Part shown: positions 38,026 to 47,865 of the stretch, in pieces | How positions within the stretch are numbered: the stretch's first letter is position 1 | Layout of the letters: each line of letters starts with the position of its first letter | Source of the DNA: a virus | Direction: 5' to 3' (one strand) | Virus record (IMG/VR): IMGVR_UViG_3300017605_000154 | Span: 1 to 64,000 of that record | DNA: 64,000 nucleotides | Program-made: the position numbers and the translations under genes | The notes under the pieces: generated by a model | Told to the model about the DNA's origin: nothing | Seen by the model: the letters and a program-made list of their open reading frames with translations, nothing else | Databases searched by the model: none

Positions 38026-40422
38026 TCATTTCGCATCCGCCCATGTATCTCCACTCCCGATGTCTACCTTGTAGGGGATTGTCCAGCCTAGTTCCTCGCC
38101 GGGTCTTGACTCCATGACTTCCTTGCATATCCGTTTGTACTCGTCCACGTATGATTCTTCGACATCGGCAATAATCGAGTCATAAACCGTGAGAATGAGG
38201 TCGGCTCTCTTGTGGTCAATTTGACTCGGTATACTGTATCCTCCACCGAGAACAATACATGCTCGGAGTGTGAAGTCCGCAGCAATGGATTGAGGCTTGT
38301 AGTTAACCGCTTCACGTATGGCTGTATTGATGTTCTCTTTCGTGAGTAGGTGAAAGCGGCGAGCCCTCCCAAAAGGAGTGGAGACGCGACCAGTGCGCAT
38401 CTCCTTGACAATCTCTTGCTTCCACAACTTGACGTTCTTGAAGTACGTCCACCACCAATCGATAAATCGTTGAGCTTCTCGTTCGGGGATTTCATGCTTC
38501 TCCTGGAAGGTCGCTGCACTCTGTCCGTAGGCCACACCGAAGTTCATGTTCTTTGCGCGGCTCCTTTGCTCTGACGTAAACTTCTCACCATAGAATCTGG
38601 CCGCTGCAAGCGAATGCAAATCCTCGTCGTCTTTGTAGACGCGAAGGAGTTCTGGGTCTTGCGATAGCCAGCCGATAGTCCGAAGTTCCGCTTGGGAATA
38701 GTCAGCGACAACGATCTGCCTGCCCACTGTTGGGATAAAAAGCTTTCTAATGTCAGGCAGCCCAGGCTTTGTACGGGTGATGTTGAGGAGATTCGGATTC
38801 CGTGACGAGGGCCGACCAGTGACGGTTCCGTGAAGAAGCAAATCCGTGTAGATCCGACCTTCAGGATCATCGATTGCCCTTTCGATCATTCCTACAATGT
38901 AGGTGGATGCCTGCTTCGTTAGCTCTCGATACCGCTTCAACTCTTTCGCAAACTGCTGCATCAATTCGGTCGATGGTGCATCCGCAGCCGGGAGCATGCG
39001 CGACACGAATCTGCCTGCGACGATTTCATTCAGCGATGAGTCATCCGTCGACCTCTGCATGTCCGGACGCTTCTGCATCTCATGCCGAATCTTCCATTCA
39101 TCGTAGAAGAGAACTGCCGTCTGCTTGGTCGATGCCGGATTGTAGAGCGGCTTGTCGATCATCGTGCGGAGCTTAAGCTCCTGCTCTTTGATCGCCGGCC
39201 CGACATCGTTCTCCATTAAGTCTGCGGCGGTCTGAACATCGTACCGGAATCCAACACTCTCCATGCGAGCAATTGACTCCACACCCTCACGGAGCAAATT
39301 AGTGTATGAGGATCGAGTTCCCTCAGAGTCGACTCGGGGATCGAGTCGCTCGTATAGTTGGTACGCCCCTGCAACGTCCCATCCGGCATAAGTATGAAGC
39401 TCATCGTAATCTTCAACAACTCCGGTTTTCTTAAAACGCTTGACGGAATCTGGCTCATAGTTCGGCCATCCGAATTCCTCCATCAGACAATACTCTAGAG
39501 CATGGACGCCTCCGCGCTCGTCGCATGCATAATTCAACAGCAACGTATCTTCATCTATACGGGCTTGGATTCCGTATCCGTATCGGAGGATCTTGACATC
39601 GAAGATTCCGTTGTGCCAGATGAATCGTTTGCTTCGGTCTTCGAAGAGCGGCCGTAGGAAATTGTCAATGAAATCGGTATCGTCCCAAAGACCTCCCCGC
39701 TCTCCGAGGACAACGGCAGAATCTCCTCCAGTTGCAAACTGAAGACTGACAATTCGTGCTTTGTGAGTGAGTCCTCCACGGCTTTCAATATCGCTAGCAA
39801 TACATTCGGCTTCGGCGAGCGAAGCAATATAGTCTCTTGCGGCACTGCCATCTTCGATTACCTCGACTGTCGGTAGCGTTGGTGGAGGGAGCGGATTGAA
39901 GGCGCGTCGGAAGTCGCGCTTGAGGTTTGGGAAGGTGGAGTCATCTCGGAGTACAAGAGCCGGATTGTTAGTGGCGACAACTGTTCGTCCTGGTTGCTCG
40001 ATTCGATATCCACGGTAACGATCAATGGCTCCTCTTCCAATAATGAGATTAACAGCTTCCGAACCAGCGGCGAGGACGAGTGGTATGCCTCTGAGTTCCG
40101 AATGCAACCTTGGAGCGCATGCCTTAATTGCCTCTGGCGGTACCTTCCCCGCATCTGGAGCGCAAAGGACAACATTCGTGAGTAGGATATCGTCACGATC
40201 TACACCGTTCTCCTTCAGTAGATAGGTTAGGACATCTCCCGAAGGCCCACTAAAAGGTCTACCCGCCATCGCTTCATGGTGTCCGGGCGAGCGACTTACG
40301 AACGCTGTGGTGGGGTTTCGCGGAGCGGTCGTTTTCGCGCAAGGCTTGTTGTACAACGGACACTCTTCGCAAATCGCGTCCGGATGCTTACGCTTAATCC
40401 CCTCTTCCATGCGCAGTCCCAT
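38026..40422 (-). CDS. polA: family A DNA polymerase with N-terminal family-4 UDG-like domain
   Basis: UDG-like CEECPL, GRPFSGPSG, LTNVVLC; exonuclease ASDIES, WHNGIFD, YAGWD; polymerase ADYSQAELR, RAKNMNFGVAYG, VYDS. Confidence 0.93.
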   Translation of the reverse strand: MGLRMEEGIKRKHPDAICEECPLYNKPCAKTTAPRNPTTAFVSRSPGHHEAMAGRPFSGPSGDVLTYLLKENGVDRDDILLTNVVLCAPDAGKVPPEAIKACAPRLHSELRGIPLVLAAGSEAVNLIIGRGAIDRYRGYRIEQPGRTVVATNNPALVLRDDSTFPNLKRDFRRAFNPLPPPTLPTVEVIEDGSAARDYIASLAEAECIASDIESRGGLTHKARIVSLQFATGGDSAVVLGERGGLWDDTDFIDNFLRPLFEDRSKRFIWHNGIFDVKILRYGYGIQARIDEDTLLLNYACDERGGVHALEYCLMEEFGWPNYEPDSVKRFKKTGVVEDYDELHTYAGWDVAGAYQLYERLDPRVDSEGTRSSYTNLLREGVESIARMESVGFRYDVQTAADLMENDVGPAIKEQELKLRTMIDKPLYNPASTKQTAVLFYDEWKIRHEMQKRPDMQRSTDDSSLNEIVAGRFVSRMLPAADAPSTELMQQFAKELKRYRELTKQASTYIVGMIERAIDDPEGRIYTDLLLHGTVTGRPSSRNPNLLNITRTKPGLPDIRKLFIPTVGRQIVVADYSQAELRTIGWLSQDPELLRVYKDDEDLHSLAAARFYGEKFTSEQRSRAKNMNFGVAYGQSAATFQEKHEIPEREAQRFIDWWWTYFKNVKLWKQEIVKEMRTGRVSTPFGRARRFHLLTKENINTAIREAVNYKPQSIAADFTLRACIVLGGGYSIPSQIDHKRADLILTVYDSIIADVEESYVDEYKRICKEVMESRPGEELGWTIPYKVDIGSGDTWADAK

Positions 40423-40423
40423 G

Positions 40424-41338
40424 TTACTTACTCTTCAGCAAGTCGGCGATTAGATTTGCCATGACATCGGAAGCTTTCAATCCGCCGCGCTCCTTCACTA
40501 GATGGACAGGCACTCCATACGCATCTTCAAGCGCAAGTGCAAACCTTCCCACAGTCTTCGTACCGACGTCCTTCACGAAGATGTTCTGTGGATATGCGTA
40601 CTCTGCGCGGAAACCGTCAGGACAAATAAACGTCCTACCCCAAAGCGCAATCTCTCCCCAGATGAACGCATCCGACTTGAGTTGCGAATTGTTCGGCTTG
40701 TTGTAGGCGTAGATACCACACTCGCAACCGTAACGTGGGGCATCGTGATCTTTGAATGGATCGCCCCCACAGGTTGCAACTAGCGGCTCGTATCTCGGCC
40801 AAGGTACACCGTTCCGCGAAAGCAAGATTGGCTTCGCAAGATTGCCCTTCTTCAGATAGACGAAGTCACGGTAGCCAATCTCGACAGTCTTCTGAACCTT
40901 GCGAACAACGGTTGGTGTCTTCTTTTTCTTCTCCGGTTCGGGCTTTGTAAAAGTGAATGTCGGTGTATATTGGGGAGGCGGCGTATTCATTGGATCGGAC
41001 GGCTTATACCTAGTGGGCAGCGTATAGTATGGATCGGGTGGATTGAAGACGACTGCATCGGCTACTTCTACTTCAACTAGAGTACGGGTCATATCGTGGT
41101 TGATCCGATGAATATGCGCCTGACCATTACGCAATAGATCGTGAAGCCGGATTAGCTCATCGTAGGTGCTACTCACCGGATAGATACCACTCAAAGGTAC
41201 CGCTTCAAAGAGCAACTCGTAGCAAGCAATTCTCCGCAGTTGGTCATTCGTTCGCATTATCCTTACAAGCTGCATCCCCTGATAATACTCACGGATTAGC
41301 TTGTAGAACAAATCCAATTCTCTAGGGTGAGTTGGCAT
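40424..41338 (-). CDS. CxCGxYA-motif protein of unknown function (possible ADP-ribosyltransferase-like fold)
   Basis: IGYR...W...C..HDAP..CECGIYAY...GEIALWG...GFRAEYAYP. Confidence 0.6.
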   Translation of the reverse strand: MPTHPRELDLFYKLIREYYQGMQLVRIMRTNDQLRRIACYELLFEAVPLSGIYPVSSTYDELIRLHDLLRNGQAHIHRINHDMTRTLVEVEVADAVVFNPPDPYYTLPTRYKPSDPMNTPPPQYTPTFTFTKPEPEKKKKTPTVVRKVQKTVEIGYRDFVYLKKGNLAKPILLSRNGVPWPRYEPLVATCGGDPFKDHDAPRYGCECGIYAYNKPNNSQLKSDAFIWGEIALWGRTFICPDGFRAEYAYPQNIFVKDVGTKTVGRFALALEDAYGVPVHLVKERGGLKASDVMANLIADLLKSK

Positions 41339-41463
41339 TAGGCAGGCACCTTCTCAGGCTTGCGTTCCGGCGTGGGAGTCGGAGTCTTCTCAGGCTTGGC
41401 AGGCACGGGAGACTCTGCGGGTTCGATCGTTACAATCTTCGTGGGTTCACCGACTTGTGACAT
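41338..41463 (-). CDS. 41-aa Pro-rich micropeptide (not in ORF track)
   Basis: AACAGGAG SD; MSQVGEPTKIVTIEPAESPVPAKPEKTPTPTPERKPEKVPA; TAATG coupling to 40424-41338. Confidence 0.75.
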   Translation of the reverse strand: MSQVGEPTKIVTIEPAESPVPAKPEKTPTPTPERKPEKVPA

Positions 41464-41476
41464 GTTGCTTCTCCTG

Positions 41477-41845
41477 TTATTCGGTATCGTCGCTTACCGT
41501 TGTATAATCGGCGTAGCCGCCTATCTCTGCGCGGGCTTCCAACTCTGCCAATAGCTGACGAGTCGTTGCTAGACCGAGAAGCGGATCTTCGGGAATGTCC
41601 GCTCTCTCATATGTCTCTGTGAAGATGTCAGCCCTGCAAGGATAGAACTCTCCCTTGACACCCTTCATAAGCCAGTCACCCGGCCAAATCACTCCCTCGC
41701 TATCGAGCGTCTTCACACGAAGAGTTACCACTCCATCTTCATTCGAAGTGTAAACGTTATGCCCTGCGAACTCATACGCTTCATGCCAATTGCTACCGCT
41801 CCACTGAATAGCATCGACCACTGCTGGCTTCTTACGAAACTTCAT
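41477..41845 (-). CDS. phage protein of the PGDYG/'KFRKKP...GEFYPC' family
   Basis: MKFRKKPAVVDAIQW...PGDWLMKGVKGEFYPCRADIFTETYE. Confidence 0.8.
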   Translation of the reverse strand: MKFRKKPAVVDAIQWSGSNWHEAYEFAGHNVYTSNEDGVVTLRVKTLDSEGVIWPGDWLMKGVKGEFYPCRADIFTETYERADIPEDPLLGLATTRQLLAELEARAEIGGYADYTTVSDDTE

Positions 41846-42269
41846 TGGCTGCTCTCCCGTAGATGATTGACCGTAGATCAGGCTGGGTGAAGTTCGGCCC
41901 CTTGAGGATCTTTCCATCCTCTCTGACAATAGGCTTTCCTCCAACATCAAGTTTTGACATATTTGATCGATGGACTTCTGCGAAGCATTTATCAAAGTCC
42001 ACGCCAAAACTAACCAAGCTGCCGACAAGCACATAAACAAGATCACAAACAGCGTCAGCATAGCCTACCAAGTCCTCGTCCACCCAGGCTACTAGAAGTT
42101 CTTCCCATTCCTCCTCATTCAATGCTGCTCGGAGATTGAACAATGTACCATCGCCATCGTCGTCATTCTCAAGCGAGAAGTCGATGGGATCACCCGGCTC
42201 GCGCACGACCAATCCGTACGTCTTGTGAAATTCCTTCAGTGCTTCATACGGGGTTAAGCTCGTAGACAC
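41832..42269 (-). CDS. MazG-like NTP pyrophosphohydrolase
   Basis: EEWEEL...DAVCDLVYV...EVHRSNMSK...REDGKILKG. Confidence 0.88.
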   Translation of the reverse strand: MSTSLTPYEALKEFHKTYGLVVREPGDPIDFSLENDDDGDGTLFNLRAALNEEEWEELLVAWVDEDLVGYADAVCDLVYVLVGSLVSFGVDFDKCFAEVHRSNMSKLDVGGKPIVREDGKILKGPNFTQPDLRSIIYGRAANEVS

Positions 42270-42840
42270 GCGCCATCCATTCGTCGAGGGTTGAATACAA
42301 CTCATCTAGTGTTCCGTCGTTGCCTATATCACCACGAATGTAGTTCTCGTCAATACCTGCTTCCGATTCGTGTCCGTCACCTTCGAAGCCCGGACGATGC
42401 ACTTGCCAAATATCGCCACCGATGTCAACGAGATTCTCAGCCTCGTTGTTAAAGCGCACATCGCGAACCACGTACCTCACAGCCTCGAATTCCTCGTCGC
42501 TTAGTCCGTGAATGTACTTCCTGTTGAACTGGTCAATCCAGAAGTCCTCTCCGAACACACGACGACCCATCTCTGTGCCGAATAGCTGCAGATGCTCGCG
42601 CCACGTATACGTGTAGCGAACCGTATCAGACACGTCGATATTGACCTCGACTAAATCAATCGAGTTGCCGTGGTTATTCTTCCACTCAAGAGCCTCTTCT
42701 AGCGAAATGCCCCACAGTGCGCAGACTGCGTCGTACATGACATCGCTGAATCCGAGCTTTGTAAAGCCGTACTCTTTCACAAGGAAGTCGGCAATCGTGT
42801 CCTTGCCTGAACCGATCTTTCCGTTGAGTCCGATAATCAC
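42244..42840 (-). CDS. deoxynucleoside monophosphate kinase
   Basis: GKIGSGKDT P-loop, LQLFGTE, DVRFNNE, HESE; GTG start via TAGTG overlap. Confidence 0.88.
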   Translation of the reverse strand: MIIGLNGKIGSGKDTIADFLVKEYGFTKLGFSDVMYDAVCALWGISLEEALEWKNNHGNSIDLVEVNIDVSDTVRYTYTWREHLQLFGTEMGRRVFGEDFWIDQFNRKYIHGLSDEEFEAVRYVVRDVRFNNEAENLVDIGGDIWQVHRPGFEGDGHESEAGIDENYIRGDIGNDGTLDELYSTLDEWMARVYELNPV

Positions 42841-42938
42841 TAGAAGATCCATCCGATCAGGTTTACGGCAACTACAAACATGATTGCTGCACTGAGCAAG
42901 AACAGTACCACGCTCAGGAATTGAGAGAAGATGCCCAT
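42840..42938 (-). CDS. 32-aa membrane micropeptide (not in ORF track)
   Basis: MGIFSQFLSVVLFLLSAAIMFVVAVNLIGWIF; coupled on both sides. Confidence 0.6.
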   Translation of the reverse strand: MGIFSQFLSVVLFLLSAAIMFVVAVNLIGWIF

Positions 42939-43282
42939 TAGTTCTCCCAGATAGGCTTTCCGTTCGGCCCCTGCATATGGATACCCTCAAGAATCTTCCG
43001 CCGCAACGCATCGCTCTGCTGCTTAGGCGCAGCTTCACGCAGTGCCCGAAGATTGTTAAGCATGATGTACTTGTACTGATAGTTGATTTCTTCCTCCGTG
43101 ATTGCATCGTTGAGAATCAGCACATTCGTTAGCGCCTGCACGCGCACTGACATATCGAAGATCAACTGACCGAGTGCGCCAAAGTTTACAGCGTCCAGGC
43201 TAATTCCCATCCGCTGCCACTTCTTCTCTTCTTCGATCAGTCCGGCCTGCACTTCTTCCAAGCTAGGCAGTTCTTCGTCCAC
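42938..43282 (-). CDS. hypothetical protein
   Basis: SD, coupled ORF. Confidence 0.65.
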   Translation of the reverse strand: MDEELPSLEEVQAGLIEEEKKWQRMGISLDAVNFGALGQLIFDMSVRVQALTNVLILNDAITEEEINYQYKYIMLNNLRALREAAPKQQSDALRRKILEGIHMQGPNGKPIWEN

Positions 43283-43436
43283 GCTTCTTCACTTCCTTTC
43301 CACAGTACTGCGTCGTGTCGCAATGGATGCAAACTCTGAATCGAATGTCTTCAGGATCGGCAAGCCATACATGTTGGCCTAACGAACAGGCGAGCTTAAT
43401 CTCTGCCTCAGACAGCGACGTAGGCTTTTCCGCCAT
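43263..43436 (-). CDS. 57-aa Zn-ribbon protein (not in ORF track)
   Basis: C-x4-H-x-W...CIHC; fills the gap between neighbouring genes. Confidence 0.5.
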   Translation of the reverse strand: MAEKPTSLSEAEIKLACSLGQHVWLADPEDIRFRVCIHCDTTQYCGKEVKKRGRRTA

Positions 43437-45573
43437 GAGCTTTCTCTACTCGTATCTGGCCCCTCTCTTCCAGGGTTTCCTCAATCTCGTTCATCTCGCG
43501 CTTTGACAGATTCGTCAATCGCATAATCTCCCCGCGAGTAATATGGGGAGTGCGCTCAATCGTTCGAAGCACTCTCTCCAACGTGCGGATCATAACCGTG
43601 CGTCCGACGCTACTAATTATCTCAATCGAATAGTGACCCCAATCTTGGACGTACTTCGCGGCGTGTAGTACATCGTCCTTCGACACTTCCAGATAGCTTC
43701 CCTCCGGCTCCTGCCTAGAGGCAGCGAGTAACACTGCCATCTTTAGCAGCGACTTCGAAAGTCTGTCGAACGTCGGCAGGGCAACATCAGACTTCGATGA
43801 CCGTGCAGCTACGTCAACGAGATTCGCTTCGATGTCACCGTACAGTTCCCATGCGTCCGGCGCAAGGATCGCTTCGGCGTTAACCGACACGAATGCTTCC
43901 TGATCGAGAATCTGTACCTCGGATGGAACAGCGTACGATTTGTAGAGAGTTTGCAGCTTTGAGTAGATCGCTTGCTTCTGCTCGACCGACTCTGTGGTGG
44001 GTGGCCCGGTTCTACGAATCGCTGTCAAGTCTGTGTCACCACTCACCATCAGGAATCTAGGAAAGAATCCTGAGTAAACGTACGAATCATCAGTGACCGA
44101 GAACAGCTTCTCTTTAATCCCTCCTCCGAAGAAGATGAATACTGGCTCGCTTACAGAGATTGTCTCTTTGCGCAACCTTCGCGTGAAGAAGTGCGGCACG
44201 TCATAAAGCTGAGTCATCAACTCTGGCATGCCTGCGAGGTAATCTTTCTTGCGCGTTGAATCGAAGAAGCCGGTGACCTCATCGCGGAAGAACACCGAGG
44301 TTTTCCCAGGCCGCAAGCCAAGCTCGTTCAGGATACCTTCCATCGAACCTTCCGATGCAATCAAGATATCCTTGTCGATGAAGGCGATAATCTCTGTCGC
44401 CATGCGCATAGCCGTCGACTTGCGCGTGAGCGTGGAGTCGCCAACGATCAACCCCCACAGGTTCGGACGGACACTGCCGTAGTTTGTATCGCAACGAATG
44501 TTTCCAGCTAGCAATGCAGAGAGCAAGATGAAGCCGGATAGATCATGGTACTGGCCCGGTGCATCTGTTGCCTTCAAACCCCATTCGCGGTATTCATCGA
44601 TAAAGGATTTATTTAGATCGCCGTATTGTTGCCCAGGTATTAGCTCAGGCATCTCCAAAAGTCCAGTGGAAACGATTGCTTCAAAAGATTCAATCTGTTT
44701 CCTCGCCTTGTTAACCTCGCGCCACAGATACTTGATCGGCCTCTTGTCGCGATCGTACTTGTTGAAGTTGCAGTTAGCTGCAATGACGTATGTTTCTTCG
44801 GGCGTGAGCCCCGTTTCCAAACACGTCTTAATCAGGCTCCACAGAAGCTTCGACCAGTCATCTGCGGGAGTCGGCTGCATTGTCCAGCGATCTTCGAAGT
44901 TTGTCCGCTTTAGCTTCACGTAGTGCTTGCGGATAACATCTTCGGCTGACGGCAACTCCTCGAGATTTGGAGCATCACTTACTCTTACCTCTTGCGCTTC
45001 GGTTACTTCAGGAAGCGCATCGAAGAATTCGACAGGAAGCATTGCTTCCGCATAACGCAGAAGTTTCACTTCCGGCCGATCCTCATACTTCATGTTGAGC
45101 GTGTTCGGCACACGCAACAACTGCGTTAGATCCCAACCGCTAGGATCGGCTCCGTTCTCTGCGTAGTAGTATGCGAGTCGCTTGGAGTAATCCTCTGCGA
45201 CGTACGAATCTAGCGCATGCTCCAACCGCCAGATTGCTTGGAAGCGATCCGGAGAGGACTCGATAACGATTGACGGACGAGGGTCTAGAGTGTCGGGATT
45301 CGCTTCATCTAGGTCCGACCAAACTAGATTTGTCTCAAGGCAGTATTCCTTCTGCCTTACCTTCTCGGATAGGAGATTGATGCAGAACCAGATGTTCTTT
45401 CGGTTTCTCCATCTCGCGATGAAGTCGTACATCTCCTGCTCTTGGACAGGCCATTCATAGAAGTATTGCTTGAAGTCTCCTGGGATCGGAGACTGCGTTG
45501 CGATACAAACATATCCTGGCGTCGATCCAAATAGCAGCCGAAAGAAATCTACTTCAACGGCTGTCGTAGCCAT
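43408..45573 (-). CDS. primase-helicase (RepB-like primase plus DUF3987-like P-loop domain)
   Basis: VWSDLD, IESSPDRFQAIW, QLLRVPNTLN; GDSTLTRKST, FRDE, SGFFPRF. Confidence 0.85.
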   Translation of the reverse strand: MATTAVEVDFFRLLFGSTPGYVCIATQSPIPGDFKQYFYEWPVQEQEMYDFIARWRNRKNIWFCINLLSEKVRQKEYCLETNLVWSDLDEANPDTLDPRPSIVIESSPDRFQAIWRLEHALDSYVAEDYSKRLAYYYAENGADPSGWDLTQLLRVPNTLNMKYEDRPEVKLLRYAEAMLPVEFFDALPEVTEAQEVRVSDAPNLEELPSAEDVIRKHYVKLKRTNFEDRWTMQPTPADDWSKLLWSLIKTCLETGLTPEETYVIAANCNFNKYDRDKRPIKYLWREVNKARKQIESFEAIVSTGLLEMPELIPGQQYGDLNKSFIDEYREWGLKATDAPGQYHDLSGFILLSALLAGNIRCDTNYGSVRPNLWGLIVGDSTLTRKSTAMRMATEIIAFIDKDILIASEGSMEGILNELGLRPGKTSVFFRDEVTGFFDSTRKKDYLAGMPELMTQLYDVPHFFTRRLRKETISVSEPVFIFFGGGIKEKLFSVTDDSYVYSGFFPRFLMVSGDTDLTAIRRTGPPTTESVEQKQAIYSKLQTLYKSYAVPSEVQILDQEAFVSVNAEAILAPDAWELYGDIEANLVDVAARSSKSDVALPTFDRLSKSLLKMAVLLAASRQEPEGSYLEVSKDDVLHAAKYVQDWGHYSIEIISSVGRTVMIRTLERVLRTIERTPHITRGEIMRLTNLSKREMNEIEETLEERGQIRVEKAHGGKAYVAV

Positions 45574-45581
45574 GCAGCTAA

Positions 45582-45848
45582 CTACGCTGCACGGAACATC
45601 GCAAGTTGACCGTTACCGTTCGTGTCTGCGTGACGCACACGTTCACGGTACGCGGAAGTGGACTCCCCATAATTGGGAAGCGGGTTACTCAAAACTCTGT
45701 CTGCCAGCTTCGCAACAGGCTCGTTACGCGAGTGCGCACGTTGAGCTTCAAGTGCTGCACCAATTGCCTGAGGGTCGCGGATATCTCGATGCATGTCAAT
45801 CCTTCCAAGCTGTTGAGAATGAAATAAGAGGCTGGTGCGCTTTCGCAA
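45582..45848 (-). CDS. hypothetical protein
   Basis: ORF in the replication operon; start uncertain. Confidence 0.45.
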   Translation of the reverse strand: MRKRTSLLFHSQQLGRIDMHRDIRDPQAIGAALEAQRAHSRNEPVAKLADRVLSNPLPNYGESTSAYRERVRHADTNGNGQLAMFRAA

Positions 45849-45919
45849 AACCTACTGTCACACCACTTAGCTACGCTCGCCTGGGCCATTACGCATGGGC
45901 TTTGTAGCACCGTCTATCC

Positions 45920-46390
45920 TTACATCAGGCCAGGGCCACTAGCTCCACCGGCAAGCGATCCAGCGGGCTTGATACCCTTCACGCGATTCGTGTAGTCACC
46001 CGAACCTGCAGGGTACTCTTCCTTCGTGACACGGGCGACACATTCACGACCTTCCAGGCTCTTGAGCTTGGAAAGGTCGAAGCCCTTCGCCTTCACCTTA
46101 TCCTTGTCCTCTCCGAGAGCGACGAGGAAGTTGACGAAGTTGCCTACCGTCTTCGCGTGGTTCTCGTAGTTCTTGTCGGGCAGCGGGTAGTTCGTCCAAA
46201 TCGGATGATTTGCGTTCTCCTCACCCTCTGCCACACGAAGCTGCACCTTCACCATCGGCGTTCCGGCAGGAAGCTTACCGCTACCGGAAACCTCGGTCAT
46301 CTCGACCTCGTACACGTTACAATTGTACGAGCCAGTGGGGAGTGCTTCGAAACCACTGGTATCAGCACCACTCAGATCAAGAATGCTCAT
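45920..46390 (-). CDS. single-stranded DNA-binding protein (DUF669-like)
   Basis: FEALPTGSYNC...LEGRECVA...NRVK; adjacent to the Sak4-like ATPase. Confidence 0.8.
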   Translation of the reverse strand: MSILDLSGADTSGFEALPTGSYNCNVYEVEMTEVSGSGKLPAGTPMVKVQLRVAEGEENANHPIWTNYPLPDKNYENHAKTVGNFVNFLVALGEDKDKVKAKGFDLSKLKSLEGRECVARVTKEEYPAGSGDYTNRVKGIKPAGSLAGGASGPGLM

Positions 46391-47166
46391 GTCTTCTTTG
46401 TTCCTTTTCCGTTGGCGTTGTTGCCGTGAATGGCATCGAACATCAGGGGAATCGTTGGATTCTCCATGAAGTGCCCGAGGGTCGCAGTGCGATCTTTCGC
46501 GATCACCTTCTGCGTACCCGTGAATTGGATAATGCGATTGATTGCCTGCCCGTTCTCTTCTCCTTCCTCACTAGGACGTGTGTAGAGGTACCCGACAACG
46601 TCGAAGAATCCTGCAAGCTCGGTTCGCATCTTCCCCGGTAGGTTCGGATAGTAAACCACTGAGCCTGTCGAATCCTTGTAAGGGTCGACTAGCGCGGTGA
46701 GGATGGTGTTCATTGGAAGATCGCGGAAGTGCCGCACGATCTTCCGCATATGCACACCTGTCTTACCCCACTCCCTTACGTCGGGTACATCGGGGTCACG
46801 ATCTGGACGACGTTGCACAAGCTCTTTCATAATGTCCGAAAGGTCAAGCTTCTGCAACTCCGTCAGAGAATCGATAACGACAGTCTTGTAGTAGCCCTTG
46901 TTGTCCGTCACCAGCTTGTTATGCACTGCGATGATCTGCTCGATAGATCGAACTTGGATCACGTCAACATCAGGTCGATGCCGCAGTGTAGTAGTTCCAC
47001 CCTCAACGTCAAGGACAAGCACCGGAGACGTTTTCGGATGATCTTGCGCCGTACCTGCAAGATATGTCTTCCCGGCTCCTGGCTCGCCGAACACCAGGAG
47101 ATTTAGATATTCGATTTGGTCAGGAGACATGACGCCCAAATCGTCCCTAATGCTGTCGTCAGCCAC
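46387..47166 (-). CDS. Sak4-like AAA ATPase / recombinase (AAA_24)
   Basis: GEPGAGKT, LDVEGG, VVIDSLTE, AKDRT. Confidence 0.88.
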   Translation of the reverse strand: MADDSIRDDLGVMSPDQIEYLNLLVFGEPGAGKTYLAGTAQDHPKTSPVLVLDVEGGTTTLRHRPDVDVIQVRSIEQIIAVHNKLVTDNKGYYKTVVIDSLTELQKLDLSDIMKELVQRRPDRDPDVPDVREWGKTGVHMRKIVRHFRDLPMNTILTALVDPYKDSTGSVVYYPNLPGKMRTELAGFFDVVGYLYTRPSEEGEENGQAINRIIQFTGTQKVIAKDRTATLGHFMENPTIPLMFDAIHGNNANGKGTKKT

Positions 47167-47451
47167 TTACCTTCCCTTCGTTATGACGTCGCGGATAGCT
47201 TCGATCGTTTCCCTTGCCAAAGGGCTTGCACTATCATCAGCAAAAGCCTCGGCAAAAGCATCGTGTCGGCCAAGTTGTACCTTTATGCTGAGGATCTGAT
47301 TCTCGACGGTGGTCAAACGATTCTTCAATTCGTCTGCTGCTTCGTGAGCCTTTCGTTTCTTTCTCGTAGTAGCAGTGTGAAGCGGGCCGAGTCCATCGTG
47401 GATAATGTCGGCAAGCTTCATGGGTGATTTGGGTCGTCTCACTTCAGCCAT
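47167..47451 (-). CDS. hypothetical protein
   Basis: Coupled ORF. Confidence 0.55.
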   Translation of the reverse strand: MAEVRRPKSPMKLADIIHDGLGPLHTATTRKKRKAHEAADELKNRLTTVENQILSIKVQLGRHDAFAEAFADDSASPLARETIEAIRDVITKGR

Positions 47452-47684
47452 TCTTTATCGGGCCACGCTTGATGGATAATGACGTTAAGCTCGCGGAGTG
47501 CATGTATCATGCAGCGGGGAATACCGTTCACCTTGAAGAAGGTAGACGATCCGCAACCTCTACACGCACACCGCATCGCTCTATCGAACTGGCGAAGTGG
47601 CCCGTACTGAGGAGGAACAGGATACTGCGTAGTCTCTTCGAGAAGTTCCTCGACAAGATCATCAGGGATTGCTTCAATCTTCAT
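47439..47684 (-). CDS. Cys-rich hypothetical protein
   Basis: CACRGC...CMIH; start MKIEA. Confidence 0.55.
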   Translation of the reverse strand: MKIEAIPDDLVEELLEETTQYPVPPQYGPLRQFDRAMRCACRGCGSSTFFKVNGIPRCMIHALRELNVIIHQAWPDKEWLK

Positions 47685-47865
47685 CGTCTTCGTCGTCGCC
47701 TTCGTCAAACTCGTTTCCGAAGGCAGTCGTGTAGGTCTTGAAGTACCTAGCAGACTCCGTGCCCAATGACTCTGCTTCCTCTTCGGTGTCAACTATCCCT
47801 TCGATCGCAAAGCTGATGTTCATGTCGGAGTTAAGTCGAATGTTATGAGCGATCTTTAGAATCAT
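47674..47865 (-). CDS. small acidic protein
   Basis: Coupled ORF with acidic tail. Confidence 0.55.
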   Translation of the reverse strand: MILKIAHNIRLNSDMNISFAIEGIVDTEEEAESLGTESARYFKTYTTAFGNEFDEGDDEDDED

